DNA of 64,000 nt. Origin: a bacterium (GTDB lineage: Bacteria; Cyanobacteriota; Vampirovibrionia; Gastranaerophilales; JBAXKC01). The notes below the pieces were generated by a model that made no database searches, was not told the origin of the DNA, and worked only from the letters and a program-made list of their open reading frames with translations. The translations under genes were made by a program, and so were the position numbers. This document shows, one piece after another, positions 38,023 through 47,752 of the stretch. Each line of letters starts with the position of its first letter. Position 1 is the first letter of the stretch. The DNA lies in the NCBI GenBank assembly GCA_037137535.1, contig JBAXKC010000006.1, forward strand, positions 10,835 to 74,834, in the 5' to 3' direction.

Positions 38023-38280
38023 TTATTTAAGTAATTCTTCTACTTTTCCTGCTTTATCCAATTTTTCTAAATCAGACCAACCGCCAATAAGTTTTCCGTT
38101 TATAAATATTTGAGGAACAGTTCTGCCTACGCCATTTGTGGCTTCGCTTACTATTTCTCTCATATTTCTTTCTTCGGTTAAATCTATATCGGTATATTTA
38201 ATGCCTTTTTCATCAAAATATTTTTTTGCTTTTTTACAATAAGGGCAATAGTCAACTGTATACATTTTTATCTCTGCCAT
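38023..38280 (-). CDS. grxC: Glutaredoxin 3
   Basis: CPYC, RTVPQIFING, IGG; ATG after GGAG. Confidence 0.9.
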   Translation of the reverse strand: MAEIKMYTVDYCPYCKKAKKYFDEKGIKYTDIDLTEERNMREIVSEATNGVGRTVPQIFINGKLIGGWSDLEKLDKAGKVEELLK

Positions 38281-38482
38281 AGGTTTCTCCAATATTTTTT
38301 AATGTTCTTGTTAAATTGTATGTAAAAAGTTAAATATATTAAATTACTCATATGTATAATCTTTGTGGTTCTTGATTCTTTAAAAATATATATAATTAAA
38401 AATTTGAATTCAAGGCAATATTCAAATCTATAATGTTTTTATAAATATACTAAAGATGTAAAATCGTATGGGGTACTAAAAT

Positions 38483-40174
38483 ATGTTAAACTCAAGACTA
38501 AATGCTATGAGTATCAATTCTCAATCAAACTTAAAAATTAATCAGAAACGTGATAATAAAATTGCATTATCCAGTAATCTCACTAATAAAGGCGATGAAG
38601 TTTCTTTTAGCGGCATAAATAAAAAAGCAGCTAAATCTTTTACTCAAAAATTGGGAGAATTAATTAATGATAAGCTTGCTGCTCTTGCAGAAAGTTTATC
38701 ATTAATATCAAAGACAACAGGTAAAAAACTTTCAATAAAAAACACAGGTATAGAAGAAATAAAACGAACTATACATGGGGGTTATGTTCTTGATAACACT
38801 CCTAAAGTTATTCTTTACAAAGATAAAGATGCTACAAATTTATTAAAGAAACTCACTCATTTTAAAAAAGATACTCAAATTTTAAACTACGAAGGTGGAG
38901 AAATTAGAGTAACAATAGGAAAAGAAAGCATGCTTCTTTCCAAAAAAGGTGCAATACAAATTGGTGCAGGAACAAAAGATGTTAAGATCGAAGTTTTAAA
39001 AGGAAATCCTGTTGTTGTTACAACAGGCGATAAACTTCCTGCTTGGTATAGCCCTTATAAGTCTTGTGAAAGACATGTAGCTAAATTCGATGAGCAAATT
39101 GTCGCTAATAGATATCATTATACAGGTTATATTAGTAAGGGACATTTCTCAGCTGAGGATTTAGAAAAAATGCTTCAAAATGGTATTGCAGAAGCTACTG
39201 ATAATCCAAAGTTTGTAAAATTTAAAGAATTTGAAACTCCTGAAAAGATAGAGCTTGCATTAAAAAATGCTGAAGTTAAAGATAGTAATATTAGCGGCAT
39301 TATTACTCAATGGAGTAATTCAAAACAACGTATGCTTTCAGGTTTGAATTTAGGAACATTTAGTATAAAAAATGATCTAGCAGGACTATCAGAAAATTCC
39401 CTTCAAGCTTTAAAGGAAAATGGAATATTTGTTCAAAATTTACCCGAGATAAATACAGATACGCTTACTTGGGCAAAATTTCATACAAAGGATGAACTTA
39501 CACAGCTTATGAATAAATCCGGTATTGTAGATAAAGATCAAAAAATAATTTTAAATACTTATGATAAAACATATAAAGCAGGTTATGACTTTTCAGGTCT
39601 TGCTTTTGAACCTCAAAACGGAAAGCCTGTCACTGTATATGAAGATGAATTCAGAATAATAGTACCTAATCAAAAGAAAACAGAATGGATATTAAACTCT
39701 ACTGTTTGGCCGGGAAAAGAAAGAACTGGTTTTGTTACAGGTGAATCATGGGTAAATTATTCCCGACCTGACGGAAAAACGGGCTTATTCCCAAGAGGTG
39801 CTGAACAATTACATATACATCCGGATGATGAGTTCGGAAGTCAATCAGAAATTTATCTTGTTCAAGGAAAAGCTCCGGCATCATTATCCGTTTTTCCTAA
39901 TGGTGAAATGCAACATGTTGTAATGGAAAATGGTGATATGGTAAAAGTTAATCCTATGTTGGCTCATCAAGTTTCTGCAGAAGCTGGAGATGGTGAATAT
40001 AGACACTCTTTATTTCAAACAAGATGTGCTTTTCATCAAACATACGATGGTTTAGGTGAACCTTTACCTACTTTTAAAGTTAATAAAAATGCTGAAGATT
40101 ATGGGACAACCGCTGAGGCTATAATTCAAGGTGGTATTGATGCTATTAATAATCTAAAGAATAAATCTGAATAA
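38483..40174 (+). CDS. Hypothetical protein with C-terminal cupin-like domain
   Basis: LHIHP...QSEIYLV...GDMVKVNPMLAHQV matches cupin motifs 1 and 2; S/N-rich N-terminus ending DEVSFSG. Confidence 0.65.
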   Translation: MLNSRLNAMSINSQSNLKINQKRDNKIALSSNLTNKGDEVSFSGINKKAAKSFTQKLGELINDKLAALAESLSLISKTTGKKLSIKNTGIEEIKRTIHGGYVLDNTPKVILYKDKDATNLLKKLTHFKKDTQILNYEGGEIRVTIGKESMLLSKKGAIQIGAGTKDVKIEVLKGNPVVVTTGDKLPAWYSPYKSCERHVAKFDEQIVANRYHYTGYISKGHFSAEDLEKMLQNGIAEATDNPKFVKFKEFETPEKIELALKNAEVKDSNISGIITQWSNSKQRMLSGLNLGTFSIKNDLAGLSENSLQALKENGIFVQNLPEINTDTLTWAKFHTKDELTQLMNKSGIVDKDQKIILNTYDKTYKAGYDFSGLAFEPQNGKPVTVYEDEFRIIVPNQKKTEWILNSTVWPGKERTGFVTGESWVNYSRPDGKTGLFPRGAEQLHIHPDDEFGSQSEIYLVQGKAPASLSVFPNGEMQHVVMENGDMVKVNPMLAHQVSAEAGDGEYRHSLFQTRCAFHQTYDGLGEPLPTFKVNKNAEDYGTTAEAIIQGGIDAINNLKNKSE

Positions 40175-40216
40175 TTTTTAGAATTATATATTGATAAAAT
40201 CATTATTAATTCAACA

Positions 40217-40259
40217 AATAATCCTGCCAAGTTACGTTAAGTTCCTTGTCAGGATTATT
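40217..40259. terminator. Hairpin or bidirectional terminator between convergent genes
   Basis: AATAATCCTG / CAGGATTATT with inner CAAG/CTTG. Confidence 0.6.
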
Positions 40260-40310
40260 GTATTTAAAATCATATGGTAATACAGCACTTAATAAAACAT
40301 TATGCTTTGC

Positions 40311-40772
40311 TTATGTTAAGCCAACACCTAATTGCATATTTATATCATCTACTGTGAATTGAAGTAATATAATCATAGGAGCTGAAACTTTAATTGTTCC
40401 ATTTTTACCAAAGATAAGCGTTGGGGGCGATATATCCAGTCCATTAACACCAATTTGAGATAAATTAGTACAAGCGTTAGCACAAACAATATTACTCATT
40501 TCGGCTAGGGCACTTTGCGAAATTTCATCAAATTCGTTAACTTCCATTCCCATCATCATTTTAGATGCAAATTTTTTTGCTGAATCAACGTCCATTAAAA
40601 AAACAATAGATCCCTTTAGTTGCCCAATAACACCAATATTAATAACTACACCGGGATTTTGTATAAATGACCCCGAGGCCTTTACTCCTGTTTTAGTTAT
40701 TGATTCAAAACCTAGTTGCGGAATAACCGACAACATTGCATCTACAACTGCATTTATATTATTTACATCCAT
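40311..40772 (-). CDS. cheX: Chemotaxis phosphatase CheX
   Basis: IGVIGQLKG, SALAEMSNI (ExxN), DISPPT. Confidence 0.88.
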   Translation of the reverse strand: MDVNNINAVVDAMLSVIPQLGFESITKTGVKASGSFIQNPGVVINIGVIGQLKGSIVFLMDVDSAKKFASKMMMGMEVNEFDEISQSALAEMSNIVCANACTNLSQIGVNGLDISPPTLIFGKNGTIKVSAPMIILLQFTVDDINMQLGVGLT

Positions 40773-41623
40773 AAAATTGAACCCTTTTGAAATCCATAAC
40801 TCAATTCAATATCACCAAAATTAGTTTTTGCTATTATAGCATGAGTTTCTACCTGAGGATGAACGACTTCTGTTGAAGGTCCGCAGAAAATACTTGGAGG
40901 TGAAACTCTTAAACTTAACGACTTTTCTTTTTTATTAAGCATTGAGCAGGCGATACCGCCAATAATATTAGCAAATTCTGAAAACATTGAAATTATTTCA
41001 TCATTATTTTTAGCCGGTCTTTTTAAAATAACTTCAGTCATTTTAGAAGCTGTTTCAAGAGAAGTATCCATTACGATTATTCCTGAATACATTCCTATTA
41101 CACCGATTACAACAGTAATTCCTCTTGACATATTTACTTTAGCTAATTTTTTATCTTCGTCAGATATTTCAGCAGTTGTTTTTGTTAGTCTTGTAATATT
41201 TTGAGATAAAGCTTCTCTAAAAACAGTTGAACTCCAAGAGCTTAATTTGTCGTATATAGTATCAGGCGTTAAGATTTTATTGATAATATCAACTAAACTT
41301 TCTTCTTCCGCAGGTTTTTGAAGATACCCCGAAAAGCCAAGATGTTTTGCTTTTAAAATGGTTTCTTCATCTTTCATAGAGCTTATTAATAATATTTTTG
41401 CAGTTTTATCCTGTAATAATATTTCTTTTCCACATTCAAAACCATCTTTACCAGGCATTGCTATATCCATAGTAACAAGATCAGGCTTACAATTATTGTA
41501 TGTTTCCATTAATCCATCAAAAGACTCTGCCTCGCCAACTACTTCATGTCCATTTTCTTCAAGAGTTCCAGCCAGAATTGTCCTCGAAAATGCTGAATCA
41601 TCAACAATCATAACTTTTGCCAT
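40763..41623 (-). CDS. CheY-like receiver fused to a CheX domain
   Basis: VDDSAFSR, TMDIAMP, QKP; C-terminal IGVIG, SEFANIIGG, VSPP. Confidence 0.87.
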   Translation of the reverse strand: MAKVMIVDDSAFSRTILAGTLEENGHEVVGEAESFDGLMETYNNCKPDLVTMDIAMPGKDGFECGKEILLQDKTAKILLISSMKDEETILKAKHLGFSGYLQKPAEEESLVDIINKILTPDTIYDKLSSWSSTVFREALSQNITRLTKTTAEISDEDKKLAKVNMSRGITVVIGVIGMYSGIIVMDTSLETASKMTEVILKRPAKNNDEIISMFSEFANIIGGIACSMLNKKEKSLSLRVSPPSIFCGPSTEVVHPQVETHAIIAKTNFGDIELSYGFQKGSILWM

Positions 41624-41791
41624 ACTAATTATACCTCAACTTTATAAGTACAAACAAATTATAGCAATAATTTCAGAATAAATAAAGTTCTAAATTATAT
41701 TTGAATTAATAAATTATAAAAATAATATAAATATATATAAATATATATTGCTCTTGACTTTTGTATTTTAATTTATAGTTGACTATAAAGT

Positions 41792-42115
41792 CTAGCTAAA
41801 ACTTTTGATTAAATCTTCAAGTTGGTATTTATGTAAAAATCCTGTAATGGTATTTATTGTTTTTCTATTCTTTACCAATAAGAAGGTTGGAATTGAGTTT
41901 ATTTTATATTCAGAGGATTTAATCGGATTTTCATTAGTATTTACAGTTACAAATCTAACTTTTTCTTTATATTTTAAAAATAATTCTTTATAAAGTGGTA
42001 TCTCATTTCTGCAATATCCGCAATTTTTTGAATAAAAGAATACAATAACAGGCAGAGTTGATCTTTTTACTTCCTGTTCAAAAGTATTATCTGTAGCTTC
42101 AATAATTTCTATCAT
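41792..42115 (-). CDS. Thioredoxin family protein
   Basis: CGYC, SIPT cis-Pro motif; start at the ATG after AGGTGA. Confidence 0.85.
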   Translation of the reverse strand: MIEIIEATDNTFEQEVKRSTLPVIVFFYSKNCGYCRNEIPLYKELFLKYKEKVRFVTVNTNENPIKSSEYKINSIPTFLLVKNRKTINTITGFLHKYQLEDLIKSFS

Positions 42116-42236
42116 ATTTGTCACCTATAAAAGAAGTTATATTCAAATAACAGTATATAATATTTTTTATCCTATTGGCTATTAACATTAATGCTTATAT
42201 TTGATAAGATTTAAGTTCGAAATAAAAGAGGTAAAT

Positions 42237-42821
42237 ATGATTAAATTAAATAAGAATATCTGGATATTATCTGTTTTTCTGATTTTTATAACTACAATTA
42301 CTTCCGCATATTCTATTTTAGATAACTTTTATTCCAATACTCCCGATAAAACATTAGTTACAAAACAACTAGGGGATTTTTCAGTTTTACCGAAAAATTA
42401 TAAGTTAATAAAATATGTAAATTTGTTTGGAGTGTCGGCTGTCTTTGCTGAAAATAATCAAAATAAACAAAAGATAGGAATAATAAATCCTGGTTCGTTT
42501 CTCGTTGTTTCTAAACAAAATATTGAAAATAATATTATTGATCAACAATTAAATAATTTGAATTCACAAATTCCTTTTCAGCTTGTAAATCTTCAAAATC
42601 TAAATATTATAAAAAAGGGATCTTTTAATGTAAATCAACAAAAAGTTCCTTATATAAAAATAAATGTTCAGCTTGCTGGTTTTGTGAATTGCAAAATAGA
42701 AGGTATTTTGGGCGTGATTGAAGCAAAAAACAAGAAAAATAATTTTATTTTTGCGGTAAATAATCCAGGTGAATATAATCAAAACATGACTGAATCTTTT
42801 ATTAAATCTACAGCTAAATAG
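42237..42821 (+). CDS. Hypothetical exported or membrane-anchored protein
   Basis: N-terminal hydrophobic segment; GAGG RBS before ATG 42237. Confidence 0.65.
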   Translation: MIKLNKNIWILSVFLIFITTITSAYSILDNFYSNTPDKTLVTKQLGDFSVLPKNYKLIKYVNLFGVSAVFAENNQNKQKIGIINPGSFLVVSKQNIENNIIDQQLNNLNSQIPFQLVNLQNLNIIKKGSFNVNQQKVPYIKINVQLAGFVNCKIEGILGVIEAKNKKNNFIFAVNNPGEYNQNMTESFIKSTAK

Positions 42822-42849
42822 TTATAATGTAATTCAATATAGTAGTATA

Positions 42850-43290
42850 TTATTTATTTTGTTTTGTATTAAGAAACTCCGCAAAGTCTTTATCTAATCC
42901 TATTAAATGATTATGTAACCATTCAAACATAGTGGAGCATAAATGTATTGCAAATACTCGAGTTAATTCTTTCTTAGGAGAATCATTAAACTCAAGATAA
43001 TAATAATTATATCTTATTTTTTCATACACGTTTTTAAAATTAGCATGGGCAGCTTGATGATTATTAATATCTTTAAAGTTATATAATTTCATATAACTTT
43101 CTTCTGTGTTGAAATGGTTATTTATATAAGTATCAAGTTTTTCTATTAATTCGATTATGATGGCTCTGTCCATGTCTTCTTCTATGGCATCGTATAAATC
43201 ATTGACTGATTGCACAACATCTTTATGTTGCTCGTCAATCTCTTTTACGCCTAAACAAAGCATATCACTCCACACAATTTTATTATTCAT
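42850..43290 (-). CDS. Bacteriohemerythrin
   Basis: W...GVKEIDEQH, HFNTEE, HQAAH, WLHNHLIGLD di-iron ligand pattern. Confidence 0.92.
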   Translation of the reverse strand: MNNKIVWSDMLCLGVKEIDEQHKDVVQSVNDLYDAIEEDMDRAIIIELIEKLDTYINNHFNTEESYMKLYNFKDINNHQAAHANFKNVYEKIRYNYYYLEFNDSPKKELTRVFAIHLCSTMFEWLHNHLIGLDKDFAEFLNTKQNK

Positions 43291-43506
43291 TTTAACCCTT
43301 TTAACTTGATCGCCACTAATTAGTAGTATTTTATCAAATATATCGTTTTATATGTACTTTTACATTGATTAATTTTTAATTTTAATTATACACTTTAACC
43401 ATTATATAAAATAAATAATCTGATATTAATGTCCAATTGGCTGATACTACTGTGGGACAAAGAAGTAAAAATAAATAGTATTAATAAATATTTAAGAGGT
43501 AAACAA

Positions 43507-43983
43507 ATGACTTCTTATGAAATACTACCTGAAAAATTAGCCGATTCTATTTCAAATTGGAAGGATAAAAAAGGCAGTTTAATCATGATTTTACATGATG
43601 TTCAGGATTTTTACGGTTATGTTCCAAAAAATCTATGTTTTACACTGGCTAAAACTCTTAAAATTCCTCTTGCCAGAATTTATGAAGTTTTAACGTTTTA
43701 TAACTATTTTAGGCTTAAAAAACCTGCAAAAAATAAAATTTCAATTTGTATGGGTACGGCATGTTATTTAAAAGGTGCTCCTCTCCTTCTTGAAACAATA
43801 AAAGAACAATTAAAGATTAACGAAGGTCAAATAACTGCAGATGGACAATTTGGATTAGAAAATGTCCGATGTGTCGGCTGTTGCGGCTTATCTCCTGTTG
43901 TTGCCGTAAACGGTAAAATTTATGGAAAACTTGATAAAGTAAAAATATTAAATATATTAAATGAATATAAAAAGGAAGGGTAA
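43507..43983 (+). CDS. hydC: [FeFe]-hydrogenase NuoE-like [2Fe-2S] subunit (HydC/HndA)
   Basis: CMGTAC...CVGCC; TFYNYF; ATG 43507 after GAGGT. Confidence 0.9.
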   Translation: MTSYEILPEKLADSISNWKDKKGSLIMILHDVQDFYGYVPKNLCFTLAKTLKIPLARIYEVLTFYNYFRLKKPAKNKISICMGTACYLKGAPLLLETIKEQLKINEGQITADGQFGLENVRCVGCCGLSPVVAVNGKIYGKLDKVKILNILNEYKKEG

Positions 43984-43988
43984 GCTGC

Positions 43989-45782
43989 ATGCCAAAATTA
44001 ACAAAAAACTTTCCTGATAAATATATTGAAAATAATGAACAGGATTTTATAAAAGTCGGAATGAGTAGTTGTGGTATTGCGGCCGGTGCTGATGAAATAT
44101 ATGAGGCTTTACTAAATAAGGTAAAAGAAGAAAACCTTCCGATTGAAATTAAAAAATGCGGTTGCCTTGGAATGTGTTATGCAGAACCGATTATAGAGGT
44201 TAAAACAGGTAATACTCCTTCAGTTAAATATAGAAATCTGGATGTTGAAAAATCTCTAAATATCCTTGAAAATACAGTATTAAATAAAGAATATGATAAA
44301 AACCTTTTAATAAAAGAAAATGGCAAACAGAAAAAAGTTGTTCTTCAACATTGCGGAATAATTGATCCTGAAAATATCGAAGATTATCTTTCGATAAAAG
44401 GTTATCAATCTTTAAGAAAAGTTCTTTTTGAACTTGGGGCAGATAAAACGCTTGAAGAAGTTAAAAAAAGTGGTTTAAGAGGTCGTGGTGGAGCAGGTTA
44501 TCCTACATGGCAAAAATGGACCGTAGCAAAAGAAATTAAGACAGCCGAAAATAAATTTATAATCTGTAACGGTGATGAAGGTGATCCCGGTGCTTATATG
44601 GATAGAAGTATGCTTGAGGGTGATCCGCATTCTGTGATTGAAGGACTTATGATTGCAGGTTATACAATAGGAGCTTCTAAAGGTATTTTTTACATTAGAG
44701 CAGAATATCCTCTTGCCGTAGAACGTGTTCAAAAAGCATTAGATCAATGTTATGAATATGGATTACTCGGAGAAAATATTCTTGAATCAGGTTTTAAATT
44801 TGATGTTGAAATAAGACTTGGCGCAGGGGCGTTTGTTTGCGGCGAAGAAACAGCTCTTATTGCTTCAATAGAAGGTAAAAGAGGTTATCCACGTCCACGT
44901 CCTCCTTTTCCTGCAACTCAAGGCTTGTGGGATATGCCTACAATTATAAATAACGTTGAAACGCTCTCTAATCTTCCTTATCTGATTTCTAACGGAGGAG
45001 GATTTTTTGCTCAAATCGGAACTGAAAAATCAAAAGGAACTAAAGTTTTTGCCTTAACAGGAAAAGTAAAAAAGCCAGGGCTTGCAGAAGTCCCAATGGG
45101 CACAACATTAAGAGATATTATTTATGCTATCGGCGGCGGGATAAGCAAAGATAAAGAATTTAAGGCAGTACAAACAGGCGGACCATCAGGTGGTCTTATT
45201 CCTAAAGAGCTTTTAGATACAGAGGTCAGCTATGAAAGTCTTGTAGAACTTGGCTCAATTATGGGGTCAGGCGGGATGATTATTATGGATGAAGATGATT
45301 GCGTTGTCGATATTGCAAAATTCTTTATTGAATTTTCCGTTGATGAATCCTGTGGGAAATGCGCACCTTGTAGAATTGGCAGCACTCAATTATTAAAAAT
45401 CTTAGAACGTATTTCTGACGGAAAAGGCAAGCTTGAAGATTTAGATAAATTGAAAAAAATTTCTATTGCAATGCAAAAGGCTTCACTTTGTGGACTTGGA
45501 CAAACAGCTCCTAAACCCGTACTTTCAACATTAAGATACTTTGAAGAGGAGTATATTGAGCATATTACAGCTAAAAAATGTAGAGCCGGTCAATGTGTTG
45601 CTTTAAAAAAATATTCAGTTGATCAACATCATTGCGTGAAATGTGGAGCTTGCTTCAAAGAATGTCCTGTATCAGCTATTAAAGGAAACAGGCAGGAAGG
45701 TTATGAAGTTATTTCCGAGAAGTGCATAAAATGCGGTAAATGTTATGACGCTTGTAAGTTTGATGCGATAAAAAGGAATTAA
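43989..45782 (+). CDS. hydB: [FeFe]-hydrogenase NuoF-like FMN/NADH subunit (HydB/HndC)
   Basis: N-terminal thioredoxin-like Fe-S domain, GRGGAG, NGDEGDPGAYMDR, GAFVCGEETAL, ESCGKCAPCR...SLCGLG, C-terminal 2x[4Fe-4S]. Confidence 0.93.
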   Translation: MPKLTKNFPDKYIENNEQDFIKVGMSSCGIAAGADEIYEALLNKVKEENLPIEIKKCGCLGMCYAEPIIEVKTGNTPSVKYRNLDVEKSLNILENTVLNKEYDKNLLIKENGKQKKVVLQHCGIIDPENIEDYLSIKGYQSLRKVLFELGADKTLEEVKKSGLRGRGGAGYPTWQKWTVAKEIKTAENKFIICNGDEGDPGAYMDRSMLEGDPHSVIEGLMIAGYTIGASKGIFYIRAEYPLAVERVQKALDQCYEYGLLGENILESGFKFDVEIRLGAGAFVCGEETALIASIEGKRGYPRPRPPFPATQGLWDMPTIINNVETLSNLPYLISNGGGFFAQIGTEKSKGTKVFALTGKVKKPGLAEVPMGTTLRDIIYAIGGGISKDKEFKAVQTGGPSGGLIPKELLDTEVSYESLVELGSIMGSGGMIIMDEDDCVVDIAKFFIEFSVDESCGKCAPCRIGSTQLLKILERISDGKGKLEDLDKLKKISIAMQKASLCGLGQTAPKPVLSTLRYFEEEYIEHITAKKCRAGQCVALKKYSVDQHHCVKCGACFKECPVSAIKGNRQEGYEVISEKCIKCGKCYDACKFDAIKRN

Positions 45783-45785
45783 TAA

Positions 45786-47558
45786 ATGATAAATGCAAAT
45801 ATCAACGGAATAAATATACAGGTTGAAGAAGGTACAACAATTCTTGAAGCGGCAAAGCTTGCAAATATAAAAATACCGTCATTATGTAAACATAGTGACC
45901 TTGACGCCACAGCAGCCTGTGGAATTTGTGTTGTTAAAGTTAAAGGTGTTGAGCGAATGATAAGATCTTGCTGTACCGCTTTAACTGAAGGAATGGAAAT
46001 TTTAACACATACCCCTGAAGTAATCGATATAAGAAAAACTGTTTTAGAATTAATTCTTTCAAACCACCCTAACAGCTGTCTGACATGCGGAAGAAATCAA
46101 AACTGTGAGCTTCAATCACTTGCCGCAGAATTTGGAATAAAAGAGGAAGAGTTTGGCAAAATATTAAAAGATTTTGAAATTGATGACTCAATAAAAACAA
46201 TCGTATTAGAGCCTAATAAATGTATTAAATGCGAACGATGTATTCAGGCATGCCAGAATATGCAGAATGTTTGGGCTTTATCTTTCGTTGATAGAGGTAT
46301 AAAAACAAGAATAGCACCTGCTGCTGATTTCAAACTAAGTGAATCGCCTTGCGTAAGCTGTGGTCAATGTGCCGCTCATTGCCCTGTCGGTGCTATTTAT
46401 GAATATGATGAAACGGCTAAAGTGTGGGATGCTCTTAATGATAGTTCAAAATATTGCGTTGTTCAGATAGCTCCTGCCGTAAGAGTTGCTATTGGGGAAT
46501 CTTTCGGGATACAAAGCGGTGAGGTTGTTACTAAAAAACTATATACATTATTAAGAAGAATGGGGTTTGAAGCTGTTTTTGATACTAATTTCGGGGCTGA
46601 TATCACTATAATTGAAGAATCTACTGAATTTGTAAAAAGGCTGACGTCAAAAAACTCTGTATTACCTTTAATTACAAGTTGTTGCCCTGCGTGGGTTGAT
46701 TTTATGGAAAAATTTCATTCTGATATGATTCCTAACTTCTCAACATGTAAATCTCCTCATGAAATGCTTGCAACACTTGCTAAAACATACTATCCGCAAC
46801 AAGCAAATATTAATCCTTCCAATATATTTATGGTTTCTATTATGCCCTGTATCGCCAAAAAGTTTGAAATTCACAGAAGTCAGGATATGTATGCTTCAGG
46901 CTATCAGGATGTTGATGTATCCATTACCACAAGGGAATTAGTAAGAATGATAAAGCAGACAGGTCTTGATTTTGCTTCACTTCCCGAAAGCGAAGCAGAT
47001 TCTCTCCTTGCTGATTACTCCGGAGGTGGCACAATATTTGGAAATACGGGCGGAGTTATGGAAGCAGCTCTAAGAACCGTTAATTATTATGTAACAGGTG
47101 AAAACCTTGCAAATCTTGAACTTAATGAAGTAAGAGGTTTAAAAGGTGTTAAAGAAGCTGAAATTAAGGTTGGTGAATATAATGTTAAAATTGCAGTTGC
47201 ACATGGATTAAGTAATGTTGAATATGTTGTAAATAAAATAAGAAAAGCAAAAGAAAATGGCGAAGAACCTCCATATCACTTTGTAGAAGTTATGGCATGC
47301 CCTGGTGGTTGTATAGGTGGTGGTGGACAGCCAAGAAATGTTAATAATGAAGTAAGGTTGCTGAGAGCAAAAGGGCTTTATATCGATGATAAAAATCGTA
47401 AATTCAGAAATTGCCACGAAAATCCACAAATTCATAAGCTTTATGATGAATTTTTAGGTAAAGCAGGCGGAGAAAAAAGTCATGAATTACTCCATCTCTA
47501 TTATCAGCAAAGAGAGCCTTATATAGATTATCGAGAAACAGATAATCTCAATGATTGA
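45786..47558 (+). CDS. hydA: Group A [FeFe]-hydrogenase catalytic subunit (HydA/HndD)
   Basis: H-cluster motifs TSCCPAW, MPCIAKKFE, EVMACPGGCIGGGGQP; N-terminal [2Fe-2S], His-ligated [4Fe-4S] and 2x[4Fe-4S]. Confidence 0.96.
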   Translation: MINANINGINIQVEEGTTILEAAKLANIKIPSLCKHSDLDATAACGICVVKVKGVERMIRSCCTALTEGMEILTHTPEVIDIRKTVLELILSNHPNSCLTCGRNQNCELQSLAAEFGIKEEEFGKILKDFEIDDSIKTIVLEPNKCIKCERCIQACQNMQNVWALSFVDRGIKTRIAPAADFKLSESPCVSCGQCAAHCPVGAIYEYDETAKVWDALNDSSKYCVVQIAPAVRVAIGESFGIQSGEVVTKKLYTLLRRMGFEAVFDTNFGADITIIEESTEFVKRLTSKNSVLPLITSCCPAWVDFMEKFHSDMIPNFSTCKSPHEMLATLAKTYYPQQANINPSNIFMVSIMPCIAKKFEIHRSQDMYASGYQDVDVSITTRELVRMIKQTGLDFASLPESEADSLLADYSGGGTIFGNTGGVMEAALRTVNYYVTGENLANLELNEVRGLKGVKEAEIKVGEYNVKIAVAHGLSNVEYVVNKIRKAKENGEEPPYHFVEVMACPGGCIGGGGQPRNVNNEVRLLRAKGLYIDDKNRKFRNCHENPQIHKLYDEFLGKAGGEKSHELLHLYYQQREPYIDYRETDNLND

Positions 47559-47586
47559 CTTTTATAACAATCCAACTTATTTTATG

Positions 47587-47632
47587 ATAAAAGAAGCAAA
47601 AAGGCTCACTATAAGCTATTTGCTTCTTTTAT
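47587..47632. terminator. Terminator after the hydrogenase operon
   Basis: ATAAAAGAAGCAAA / TTTGCTTCTTTTAT. Confidence 0.7.
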
Positions 47633-47752
47633 TAAGAATTATTTTGTTTTGAGTAAATCATTGAGTAATTAACTAATTTTAATAAAGATAAAAAGAAGTT
47701 CAGTATTACGTTTTTATAAGGCATAAAGTGAATCAGCTTCAATCGATTTACT

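Noticed and set aside
43429-47558. Respiratory complex I nuoEFG
   Set aside because: The third gene has complete H-cluster motifs, so this is an [FeFe]-hydrogenase; no membrane nuo genes are adjacent.
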